In this document: in pieces, positions 7,951 through 16,354 of the stretch
Position numbering within the stretch: position 1 is the first letter of the stretch
How the letters are laid out: each line of letters starts with the position of its first letter
Virus record (IMG/VR): IMGVR_UViG_3300033148_003279
Span: 1-43,739 of that record
Strand: one strand, 5' to 3'
DNA: 43,739 nt
Source: a virus
Translations under genes and position numbers: made by a program
Notes under the pieces: generated by a model
Database searches by the model: none
Told to the model about the DNA's origin: nothing
What the model saw: the letters and a program-made list of their open reading frames with translations, nothing else

Positions 7951-9168
7951 TTGAGGAATTGCGCAAACTGGCTTTATTCATACTTAGAGCTGACTGAAGC
8001 AAGTGAGGCTCCAGAGACCTATCATTTGTGGGTTGGAATTGCATGCATCAGCGCTGCCCTCCGTCGGCAAGTATGGGTTCCTCATGGGTTCGGGCCCATT
8101 TATCCTAACCTCTACATCGTACTGGTGGGAGACTCAGGGACTCGCAAATCCTCGGCTCTCGACATTGGGCGAGGCATCATTGAAGCGCTGGACCGTCCAA
8201 TCACTCAATTCGCTCAGCGAGGATCTCCCCAAGCGATCATCAAAATGCTCAAGCCAGAACCCGTTGGACCGAACGGTCGCATGGAGTCTCATGGGATCAT
8301 CATCGCCTCGGAGTTCGCTGAGTTCCTCGGTCCCGACGCGGAGCAGATGGACATGTTTACATTCCTTACCAACCTCTATGACAGTAAGGACCATTGGGCA
8401 TACCATACAATCACTCGAGGCTGGGAAAAGGTGGACTATGCATATGTCGTCATGCTGGCCGCCTCAACTCCTGAGCAGCTCCAAGGCATCATTTCCCCAA
8501 GGGCTATCCGCGGGGGATTCGGTGCCAGACTCATTATCGTCCCTGGAGAGGTCGAGCGCTGCATCCCCGAGCCAGAAGTGTCGGAGGATGCAATGGCTCT
8601 GCGACAGAACCTCATTGCAGACCTCAATGCCATCAGCGAGCTGCGTGGGGAGTTCGCCGTTGATGAGAAAGCGAGGGAATGGTTCAAGCGATGGTATACT
8701 GAGGAGCGCAATGTATTCCACGCATCCCCTATGATGGCCAGTTGGGTCGCTCGTAAGGGGACCACACTGAAGAAGCTGGCTATGATCAACTCAGTCGCCA
8801 TCGATGACGAGCTCCGCATCACTCTGGAGGACTACGATTGTGCGTCCAGGATGCTGAATCAGATTGAGGGCCAAAGGGAGTCCTTACTGGAAGCGGCTGT
8901 GATGACTGATACGGGGAAGAACAGCGCTCTGGTCCGATCCACACTTAGTAAGGCGAGGGATTGGATGAGTCGCTCTGACCTCCTGAGGAAGGTTCAGTAT
9001 CGAATAGGTGGGAGGGAGTTGAGGGAGATTCTATCCGATTTAGTGGATGCGGGGATCATAGATTGTGAGGTCAGGAGGAGCGGGAAGGCGGGAGGGAGAC
9101 GAGCAACATTCTATAGATATCGAAGCCATCGATCAATCATGGGTCCAAGATCAGGAGAACAACAATGA
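7951..9168 (+). CDS. putative replication-associated P-loop-like ATPase with a C-terminal wHTH-like region (possibly DUF3987-like)
   Basis: 405-aa ORF. There is no in-frame ATG near the 5' end, so the start is TTG 7951, directly after the upstream stop, with aaggggg upstream. It has a Walker-A-like LVGDSGTRKSS. Confidence 0.35.
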   Translation: MRNCANWLYSYLELTEASEAPETYHLWVGIACISAALRRQVWVPHGFGPIYPNLYIVLVGDSGTRKSSALDIGRGIIEALDRPITQFAQRGSPQAIIKMLKPEPVGPNGRMESHGIIIASEFAEFLGPDAEQMDMFTFLTNLYDSKDHWAYHTITRGWEKVDYAYVVMLAASTPEQLQGIISPRAIRGGFGARLIIVPGEVERCIPEPEVSEDAMALRQNLIADLNAISELRGEFAVDEKAREWFKRWYTEERNVFHASPMMASWVARKGTTLKKLAMINSVAIDDELRITLEDYDCASRMLNQIEGQRESLLEAAVMTDTGKNSALVRSTLSKARDWMSRSDLLRKVQYRIGGRELREILSDLVDAGIIDCEVRRSGKAGGRRATFYRYRSHRSIMGPRSGEQQ

Positions 9169-9530
9169 CCATTAGAGACTTCTTTGATAGAGTGAATGAT
9201 GATCCAGAGCTGGAGGGCATAGACATCATATTTGGACATACTCCGGAGGAGGATGCCGTAGTGGTGCGGGAGCATATCAGTGGAGGTCATTGGTTTACCC
9301 GCATCGCAACAGAGGCGATCCTAACCAACTCATGGACTCTCCTCCGACACCTAATTACTGCAGAGGTCCCTCCGAACCCTCTAATCCTGATCACTCGCAT
9401 CGTAGGATATTACTCCGCGACGAGCAACTGGAATGAGTCGAAGCTCGGAGAATTGAAGGATCGACGGAAGGGAAACTATGGTATATCGAGTGGCGCCGTT
9501 GATGGGTGGCCTGACCAAGTTTCGAGATGA
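9165..9530 (+). CDS. stand-alone NrdD C-terminal glycyl-radical-domain-like protein (121 aa)
   Basis: ITRIVGYYSATSNWNESKLGELKDRRK resembles the class III RNR C-terminus (RVCGYLG....FN.GK..E..KRR.K). Confidence 0.5.
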   Translation: MTIRDFFDRVNDDPELEGIDIIFGHTPEEDAVVVREHISGGHWFTRIATEAILTNSWTLLRHLITAEVPPNPLILITRIVGYYSATSNWNESKLGELKDRRKGNYGISSGAVDGWPDQVSR

Positions 9531-9533
9531 CCA

Positions 9534-9558
9534 AGTTTCTTCAAACTTTGAAAAAACT
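9534..9558 (+). promoter_or_regulatory. palindromic motif copy 2: AGTTTCTTCAAACTTTGAAAAAACT
   Basis: Starts 3 nt after the upstream stop. Lies 16 nt before ATG 9575. Confidence 0.8.
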
Positions 9559-9574
9559 TTGGGAGACTGATGAC

Positions 9575-9748
9575 ATGGAAGACTTGTTAGACATCCTGGA
9601 AACAATCCTCGAGGCAGTATCCATAGTCCTCGGTCTATGGTTCTGGGGAGGAGTCATAATAATGGTATTCATTCGTACGTTCCTGGAGGATGATGATGAA
9701 CCGAGCGTCTCCGAGCTCATCGAGGAGATGCAGAAGGAGGAGGAGTGA
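9575..9748 (+). CDS. small single-pass membrane protein with an acidic C-terminus (57 aa)
   Basis: TM segment AVSIVLGLWFWGGVIIMVFI. SD gggag lies 9 nt before ATG 9575. The track start at 9527 would run through motif copy 9534-9558. Confidence 0.45.
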   Translation: MEDLLDILETILEAVSIVLGLWFWGGVIIMVFIRTFLEDDDEPSVSELIEEMQKEEE

Positions 9749-12700
9749 TGCCCATCGCTTCGGCTCGCTCCATTCGCAGCACTCGGTATCTGCTCTTCTG
9801 CAACAGGAGCTCATGGGCAGCTGACATAGCCTTCTTCTTCTCCGCGTTCTTGAATAGCCGAGCGACATCATCATAATCCATCAAAAGTCTATGATCTATG
9901 ATGTACTGCGCTATCCCATCGAAGTCCCTCCGCACCGCAAAATCGCTCAGCCGCTTCGCATGCGTTCTCTCCTCCCTCATCAATGCATGGAGGAACTCTC
10001 TGCTCTTTGTCTCCCTCAATGGAGTGATCCCAAATGCTCTCATCAGCCACTCACTCGCCCTCAGCTCATCCACCGGCCTCCCCTTCCCTGACCTCACCAC
10101 CGGATCCCCCATCAGCAATGCTCTCCACGATTCAGCCATTTTCCCAATCCCTGAGCTGAATGTAGTCAGCGTCTTGAGTGGGTCTGCTCCCATCGGAGGC
10201 TCCGCCACCACGCCCTCTCCTCCCACTATAGGCTTACCCATGAGGCGCCTTGCCGTCTGCATGAGGGCTACCCCTGTCTGCAGCGCTGGAGGCGATGTCA
10301 GTCCTACGAGCGCTCGGCCTGCTGGACCGAACCGACTCTCAATGGGAGTCTCTGGGACTCCCACCTTCCTATGCCAGTCCATCCCCACAAGCGATCCAAA
10401 TCCATAGTTGAACCAATCAGGGAACGTTTGGGATGCCCAATCCACAGGGGACCACTTGAATACCGCATACGTGAGTTCATCGATCCCCTCCACCCCAGGG
10501 AGACCGAACATTCCGCTCGTCGCTTGCTGAGCCATCAGCAGTCTGCCCAGCTTCGCTGTGTCCCCCCGCAGTACTGCATCCGTCGCGCTGCCTCCGAGGA
10601 AGTTGATGTAGTTGATATAGAAGTGCTTGAATTGAAGTACTGTTTGCCAAGAAGGCTTCCTCAGCAGCCTCCCTCGACCTGCCATTCCGTAATAAAATTG
10701 AGTTCGATCAATCCCCGCCTCCATCGCTTTGGCCAACTCCCCATACGTTGCCTTCGGATTCCTCTCCAGCACCTCGGCGAAGCATGTTGCTCCCTCCACC
10801 ATCCGTACAGCAGCTTCGGTATTGGCGAAGCTGAACATCAGGAAGTTCCTCGGCTCTCCCACCATCTCCGTTCTTTGCTGCCATACTCCTCCCAGATTCA
10901 TCCGCCTCAGTATCCGCATCAATCTGGGCTCTCGCCTCACCAGCAGTCGCGTACCCTCCGCCATCGCTCTCGGGCCATGCTCGATGTATGTATTCGCCGT
11001 TCCCGTAATGAAGTTGGCCAGTGCGCTTGACTGATTGAATATCCCCAGCTTCAATATTGATGTGGCATTCCTTGTAGTCCCCAGCAATGCCCTGGTGGGA
11101 CTCCTCCCCTTCATCAACTCCTTCATCCCAGGAATCCACTCCATCGCCTCCCTCAATAATGGATGCCTCTGAACATACTTATCCAATCGGCTGGGGGACA
11201 CATGGCCCAGCACATCCCTCGCATAGTCATCCAGCTCGGCCCTCGCCTCTGGACTCAACGCTCCAGCCCTCACCTTATTCCAGAACCTCTTCACTTGGTC
11301 CATTCCCAGATATCTCGTCACCGTCCGAACGTCTCTCGTCAGCGCATCCACCAGGTCGAGACGCAAATGGCCGGGAGCCATCTCTGAGTGGAGGTGCCAC
11401 CAGGGGAACCTCCCGCCCCACTTCGCCGCTGCCACATCCCTCACAATTGCCGCGGCCCTCTGCCTCGTCAATCCCTCCGCTGCGAGCATTGCATCAGGGA
11501 TCGCGTTGAAGCTTGACATCAGCGTCTCCGCTCCATCAACCCTCGCAATGTCATCAAACCCCTCCATAAGCATCTTGAATGCATCCTCGTTCCCCTTCCT
11601 CAGTGCCTCATCCACCTCCTTGATCATCCTCGCGTACTGCCAAATCGGGAGTTGAACTCGACTGTCCGTTCCGGGCCACTTGAAGGGCATCTGCTTGATT
11701 GTGATGATGATGTCTCCAGGAGCCATCTTCTCGAACTCCCGAATCGCATTGCCTAAATCTTGAATCTTCGCCATCTGCGCAATGCTCTGCTCGCTGCCCG
11801 CCGGCATCCCTTTCAACCCCTCGACAGCATCATGCAATTGCGCTTGCAGCCTCTCTTTGACCTCCCTCTTCGCATTTACTCCTCGTCCTCCCTCCTTCAT
11901 CCACTTTCTCAAATCCCTTATGCTCTCAAATGACTGATAGGCATACGTAGGACCCACTCCGGGCACATCAACCTTGACCCGAATCGGGCCGAAGTAGTGA
12001 GTAAGGTGGCCCACTCTCTTCCCAATCCTCCCCTCAGCCCGAATCGCCGCAAGCTGCTTCTCCAACTGCTCTACTTTCCCCTTGAATGCTCCCCTCACCG
12101 ACGCTGGATTGTATTTCATCCCCAGTTCCGAAACAAGGTCCTCCCTCTCCTCCACCACTTTCTCCAACGCCTTCTTCACCTTCTCCAGCTTCGGCCCCAG
12201 GCCCCTCTGTCTGAACAAGTACCTCTCCTGCAATCTATGCATCACATCCTCAAGTCGGTATCCTGCCTCAAGTGCTCGGATGATGCGCTCCTGCGACTTT
12301 GCACCTACCTTCTTCTCAAGAATGTCCATCAACTCAGGGGCTACTCGCCCGGTATGGTGATTGACCCACTCAATGCCCCTCTTCTCCCCCTCGTATGCCA
12401 ACTTAGTAGCCAGCTTCTGCTCCGCCCAAGTCAGATTCCGAGCCGGCTCGACATACTTCATGAGCCTCTGATTCAACTGCTCTACTGTCCTCTCTCCTCT
12501 CTTGGCTGCTTTCACGAACTCTCCCAGTGTGCCCTTCTTGGGAGGCAAGAGCAGCGATCCCAATCCAAGCTCCTCAACTCCCTTTGGGTCGAGCTCATAC
12601 AGCTCGCGCTTCAATGATGGATGCAGCCGGCGCCACAATGCAGCCGGCGCCCTCCACGCCCTCCGCATAAGCCACGTTACTCCGGGTATGGCAGTCACCA

Positions 12701-13724
12701 GAGCCCCTGAGGCCACTGCGGACTCCAACGCGGCGCTCCCTGCCTCAAATGTGTCTGTCCCCTTTACCTTCTCCACCGCAAATCGCGTCGCTCCAAATAT
12801 CCCTCCTGTCTCCAATCCTCCTGCAATTGCCCTCTCCACCATCAGCTTCCTCGCTGTCCCCACTCCCATTCCCGCCTTCTTCGTCAGCGCCTTTATCACC
12901 TCCTCGCCTGCTCCTGCCCTCTTGGCATTCCCAATAGCCCTCAGAAGCTTCGCAGCAATGTCTGCCCTCTTAGCTAGCTGCGGAGCCACCTTCTTCATCC
13001 CCCACTTGAATGGTGCAGCCGCCAGCTTATATACCTTTTCTGCTCCAATGATGCCAGGAATCCATGCTGCATATCTCGCTACATGCTCCGCAGGAGTCTC
13101 GGGCTCGGGGATCGGAACACCCAGTTCCCCTGGAATGCCCAACGCCGCGATGTCTGCTGTACGCGCTGCTGCGAGCTCATACAATCGACCAAGTCTCCCA
13201 CCAAGAGATGCCTCTTGCCGAGCCATCCGCTCAGGGAGTACTGGCAGGGTTCTCCTCAAGTGTTCACCGATGTCCCTGAAGACGCTATCCCACGTGCTCC
13301 ACGGACGAGGTACGGGTCTCTTCCTCAACTCCTCTTTGAACTCCTCCCACTGCTTCCTCTCTAACTCTTGGACAGCCTCCTCCGTAGGCACAGTCCGCGG
13401 AGGCCCGAAGAACCATCCTCCTGGCTGCAAAATCTCATCTCCACGAGCCTCTGCCAGTACCGGTTCGATGGGCGTAGGCGGGATGCGCTCCCTCTTCTTG
13501 AATGCGGGCTGTGGCGGCAGCGCAATGCTCCTCGCCCTTCCCCACGGCGTCATTTCCCAATGAGGAGGAATCTCCACTTCCCTCTCCTTCGCTATCTGCT
13601 CAAACACAACTTTCTGCTTCTCGTATGGCAGCTTCGCAAACGCGGGAACCCTCATCATGCGCTTGAGCATCTCACGGAGGGCGAACTCATCTGGAGGCTT
13701 CTTGGGTAGGACTTCTGGCATCAC
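9717..13724 (-). CDS. large internal virion / ejection (core) protein, 1335 aa
   Basis: This is the last and largest gene of the virion operon. Its size and position match T7 gp16. It is helical and rich in K/E/R/A. The genome has no tail tube or sheath genes. Confidence 0.45.
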   Translation of the reverse strand: MMPEVLPKKPPDEFALREMLKRMMRVPAFAKLPYEKQKVVFEQIAKEREVEIPPHWEMTPWGRARSIALPPQPAFKKRERIPPTPIEPVLAEARGDEILQPGGWFFGPPRTVPTEEAVQELERKQWEEFKEELRKRPVPRPWSTWDSVFRDIGEHLRRTLPVLPERMARQEASLGGRLGRLYELAAARTADIAALGIPGELGVPIPEPETPAEHVARYAAWIPGIIGAEKVYKLAAAPFKWGMKKVAPQLAKRADIAAKLLRAIGNAKRAGAGEEVIKALTKKAGMGVGTARKLMVERAIAGGLETGGIFGATRFAVEKVKGTDTFEAGSAALESAVASGALVTAIPGVTWLMRRAWRAPAALWRRLHPSLKRELYELDPKGVEELGLGSLLLPPKKGTLGEFVKAAKRGERTVEQLNQRLMKYVEPARNLTWAEQKLATKLAYEGEKRGIEWVNHHTGRVAPELMDILEKKVGAKSQERIIRALEAGYRLEDVMHRLQERYLFRQRGLGPKLEKVKKALEKVVEEREDLVSELGMKYNPASVRGAFKGKVEQLEKQLAAIRAEGRIGKRVGHLTHYFGPIRVKVDVPGVGPTYAYQSFESIRDLRKWMKEGGRGVNAKREVKERLQAQLHDAVEGLKGMPAGSEQSIAQMAKIQDLGNAIREFEKMAPGDIIITIKQMPFKWPGTDSRVQLPIWQYARMIKEVDEALRKGNEDAFKMLMEGFDDIARVDGAETLMSSFNAIPDAMLAAEGLTRQRAAAIVRDVAAAKWGGRFPWWHLHSEMAPGHLRLDLVDALTRDVRTVTRYLGMDQVKRFWNKVRAGALSPEARAELDDYARDVLGHVSPSRLDKYVQRHPLLREAMEWIPGMKELMKGRSPTRALLGTTRNATSILKLGIFNQSSALANFITGTANTYIEHGPRAMAEGTRLLVRREPRLMRILRRMNLGGVWQQRTEMVGEPRNFLMFSFANTEAAVRMVEGATCFAEVLERNPKATYGELAKAMEAGIDRTQFYYGMAGRGRLLRKPSWQTVLQFKHFYINYINFLGGSATDAVLRGDTAKLGRLLMAQQATSGMFGLPGVEGIDELTYAVFKWSPVDWASQTFPDWFNYGFGSLVGMDWHRKVGVPETPIESRFGPAGRALVGLTSPPALQTGVALMQTARRLMGKPIVGGEGVVAEPPMGADPLKTLTTFSSGIGKMAESWRALLMGDPVVRSGKGRPVDELRASEWLMRAFGITPLRETKSREFLHALMREERTHAKRLSDFAVRRDFDGIAQYIIDHRLLMDYDDVARLFKNAEKKKAMSAAHELLLQKSRYRVLRMERAEAMGITPPPSASPR

Positions 13725-14602
13725 TCACCCCTCCCCATTGCCGCTGCTCTAATCATTTCCATCTCCTCCTTCGACAATCCAATCCCCGATCCAGCCTCCT
13801 CTATCGCACTCCTCCTCCCTGCAGCACTCCCCTCTCCAGTCCTCCCAAGCCTCCCCTTAAGCTCCGATCTCAAATATTGGAGCAGGTTCTCCAAAAGCTC
13901 GATCCTGCGATTCCACTCCTCCACCTCTTCAGGTGGCGCCTGCCTCCCCAGCATTCTCAGGTTGCCCTTCGCACTGTCGATGGCATTACTCACGGCGGAT
14001 ATCTGCTGAGCGATTCGCAGCGGATCCATGCCGACCAACTCTGCTTGGAGTGCCTCTGGACTGAGAGATCGCAGATACTCCAATTCAGCTGCTGCCTTGA
14101 GTTCCCCAAGAGCTGTCTTCGCACCCTCCTTAGGTCGCGGCTCTAACGTCGCATACCACCGCAATAACTCCTCTACGGATGCATCGGGAGGTGGGGGTTC
14201 GCCTCCCATACCAGGTCGCGGCTGCATCTCCTTCATCGCTTCTGCAATGAAATCAGCCTTCCACCTTGCCTCTTGTGCCCTCTGCGATGGAGTCAGTCCT
14301 CCCTTTGCCCTTGCTCGACGTTCCGCTGTCAGTGCCTCCGCTTCCTCGATCCTGCTCAATCGCTCCTCCCGCTCGAGCCAGGGGTCCCACCACAACATCT
14401 TTTCCTGCTCCGTCAGGAGATCGAACTCTCCTTTTCGCATTTGGAGGTCATGAAGCGCCTTCTGCATCTTCAATCGCTCCTCCTCCATCCGCAGCCGCTC
14501 TCGCGCATCCCTCATCTCCCTCCCCTTTTGGAGCCCCACAACGAGCCCCCTGAGTGCCTCCCCAAACGGATCACTCGCTCTTTCATGAATTACTGTAGCC
14601 AA
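13721..14602 (-). CDS. internal virion protein, coiled coil (~293 aa)
   Basis: The track start at 14623 is TTG. An in-frame TTG at 14602 has SD aggagg 6 nt upstream. The start is uncertain. Confidence 0.45.
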   Translation of the reverse strand: MATVIHERASDPFGEALRGLVVGLQKGREMRDARERLRMEEERLKMQKALHDLQMRKGEFDLLTEQEKMLWWDPWLEREERLSRIEEAEALTAERRARAKGGLTPSQRAQEARWKADFIAEAMKEMQPRPGMGGEPPPPDASVEELLRWYATLEPRPKEGAKTALGELKAAAELEYLRSLSPEALQAELVGMDPLRIAQQISAVSNAIDSAKGNLRMLGRQAPPEEVEEWNRRIELLENLLQYLRSELKGRLGRTGEGSAAGRRSAIEEAGSGIGLSKEEMEMIRAAAMGRGE

Positions 14603-14655
14603 TTCGCACCTCCTGCCACCCAAAGCGGGATCGTTCTCATACTCTATATCTCCCG

Positions 14656-14680
14656 AGTTTTTTCAAACTTTGAAGAAACT
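14656..14680 (-). promoter_or_regulatory. palindromic motif copy 3. Read in gene direction it is identical to copy 1.
   Basis: Overlaps the stop TGA of 14680..15387, upstream of the 13721.. gene. Confidence 0.8.
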
Positions 14681-15387
14681 CACTTCCCGCCGCCGGCTCC
14701 GCCGCCGGCTCCTCCTCCGCCGGCTCCGCCGCCGGCTCCGGCGGCCCCACTAGTTCCGCCCTTCCCTCCTATTGCCGCTGATCCTATTTGACCTCCTGCC
14801 TGAAACAGAGGGCCAATGACGTTTGGTCGCTCTGTCACTGTCGCGATGTTCTCCATCGATGGGGTGCCCAAGAAAGCCAATCCCTGGCTCATCCCATACG
14901 CCCTCTCGGGATACTCCCACTTAGGCTGCGCTCGCAAAACCTCCAACCCACTCATCACATTCCCAAGCTGTCTCTGCTCCTCTGCCGCCTCCGTCGCTGC
15001 TCTTTGCAGATTGATCGCCCTCATCCAGTCATCCCACGCCTCCTGCTCAGCCAGCATCCTCGGCCCTGACCAGTAGTTCCCTCCAGGTCCCGCATAGGAT
15101 GCCCTCAGCGATGGCAGAACCGTCTCCTTCATCAACCTCCTCTGAGGCTCCACCACCGCCTCTTGGAACCGCTGTTCTCGCTCTCGCCCATAATCATAAG
15201 GCAGAGCGCCCTCCCCCATCAGCGACATCCCAACCTGCTCCATCACCGGAGCCCAATCCGCTCGCTCTGGAGCCCTACCAATCAACTCCTGGATGATGTT
15301 TGAGATGTCGGTCTCAACAGCCTGTTGGGCAGGGCTCAATCGGGGATACTGTCTCGTATGTGTCTTCGATCCGCCAGCCATACTCAT
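14680..15387 (-). CDS. internal virion protein with a Gly-rich C-terminal tail (235 aa)
   Basis: ORF track. The C-terminus reads GGKGGTSGAAGAGGGAGGGGAGGGAGGGK. ATGA overlap with the upstream gene. Confidence 0.45.
   Translation of the reverse strand: MSMAGGSKTHTRQYPRLSPAQQAVETDISNIIQELIGRAPERADWAPVMEQVGMSLMGEGALPYDYGREREQRFQEAVVEPQRRLMKETVLPSLRASYAGPGGNYWSGPRMLAEQEAWDDWMRAINLQRAATEAAEEQRQLGNVMSGLEVLRAQPKWEYPERAYGMSQGLAFLGTPSMENIATVTERPNVIGPLFQAGGQIGSAAIGGKGGTSGAAGAGGGAGGGGAGGGAGGGK
14686..14745 (-). repeat. imperfect 12-bp repeat GCCGCCGGCTCC, about 4 copies, encoding the Gly/Ala-rich C-terminal tail
   Basis: Direct reading. Perfect units lie at 14689-14700, 14701-14712 and 14728-14739. Confidence 0.85.
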
Positions 15388-15797
15388 TCATCTCCTGGGT
15401 CCATCACAAAGCATATGGATGTCTGTTTGAATCCATACTTCTCCCACACCTTCGCGCTACGCTGACTATCCATACTTACCCCCTTCGCTCCCAACACTCT
15501 GCATCCCTCAACTACTTTCTCCATCAGCGCCTTCACCACCCCTGGAGCCTCTGGTCGCCCCTTTGCCTCAATCACATGAATACGACTGTTGAGCAGATGT
15601 GGAGGTACACATATCGCATACCCCGCCAGAGCATCAGACGCCCAGCACGTCAGCATAAACCACGACCCCTCCTGCTGACTGAGCCACACCATCAGCTCCT
15701 CATGCCCATACGAGGAGCATTTCACCTCAATATCCCTCAGCTCTCCCATTACCCTCAGCGCTTCAGTCGCTCTACGCACCACCTTGATATCCATCAT
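15384..15797 (-). CDS. GNAT-family N-acetyltransferase-like protein (137 aa)
   Basis: The C-terminal half, GRPEAPGVVKALMEKVVEGCRVLGAKGVSMDSQRSAKVWEKYGFK, looks like GNAT motifs A and B. Confidence 0.5.
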   Translation of the reverse strand: MMDIKVVRRATEALRVMGELRDIEVKCSSYGHEELMVWLSQQEGSWFMLTCWASDALAGYAICVPPHLLNSRIHVIEAKGRPEAPGVVKALMEKVVEGCRVLGAKGVSMDSQRSAKVWEKYGFKQTSICFVMDPGDE

Positions 15798-16352
15798 TCA
15801 CCCTCCCGCAGTATGGGTGGGAGTGTCCCGCCGTGGTCCTAACCACATCGAAAACTTCACCTGCACTCGCCTATCGAAGGCTGTTACATCACAGTAGAGC
15901 CTTCCCGTTCCGCTCTCAAGATAGAGCTTGACTACTGTTCCCCCTACATTGTTCTCAAGTATTTTCGAGTCATTGCCAGGTGGAACGCTTACCCAATCCG
16001 AACCATAAGCGCCCCTGTTGAAATTGTAGCTTGTCCATATCTCCCCATTCGCTACGTCGGGTGACCCTATCACGGCATCACTATTTATGAGGAAGTCCCT
16101 TCCCCTCCAATCATCATCAGTCAAGTAGCACTTGGTAGCGAGCCCTTGAACATCCACCCATACATCGAACACGCTCCAGCGATCTTCCAGCACACTGATC
16201 CGATCCTCATGATCCTCTAACTGCGCCCCGCAATCCTCCAGGGCCATCAGATCGTGGAATACATCCCTAATGAACTGCCTCACCTCAGCAATCGACCGAA
16301 CGAGAACGTCCTCATCCGCATCGGGGAATGAATATTCTGGCTTGGTCCACAT
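15798..16352 (-). CDS. virion-associated protein (184 aa), possibly a tail accessory or fibre
   Basis: ORF track. Lies between the nozzle and GNAT genes. N-terminal helix, beta-rich C-terminus. Confidence 0.35.
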   Translation of the reverse strand: MWTKPEYSFPDADEDVLVRSIAEVRQFIRDVFHDLMALEDCGAQLEDHEDRISVLEDRWSVFDVWVDVQGLATKCYLTDDDWRGRDFLINSDAVIGSPDVANGEIWTSYNFNRGAYGSDWVSVPPGNDSKILENNVGGTVVKLYLESGTGRLYCDVTAFDRRVQVKFSMWLGPRRDTPTHTAGG

Positions 16353-16354
16353 CT

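Noticed and set aside
9891-13709. Many plus-strand ORFs from the track lie inside the 1335-aa minus-strand gene (e.g. 12502..13563, 10371..11030, 11997..12617). Similar antisense ORFs lie across the virion arm (e.g. 14273..14791, 21139..21810, 28463..29215), and minus-strand ORFs lie inside plus-strand genes (35936..36754, 38195..38980, 5637..6152).
   Set aside because: They are shadows of long, well-supported genes on the other strand. They lack SD sequences, have Pro/Ser/Arg-rich low-complexity translations, and break the strict strand polarity of each arm.
9717-13724. RRDFDGIAQ near the C-terminus of the 1335-aa protein as the NADFDGD metal-binding motif of a virion-packaged two-barrel RNA polymerase. 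Such an enzyme could have explained the promoter-like motif.
   Set aside because: The third Asp is missing, and I could not find a second double-psi-barrel signature. A single short match is not evidence. It is only worth a profile or structure search.
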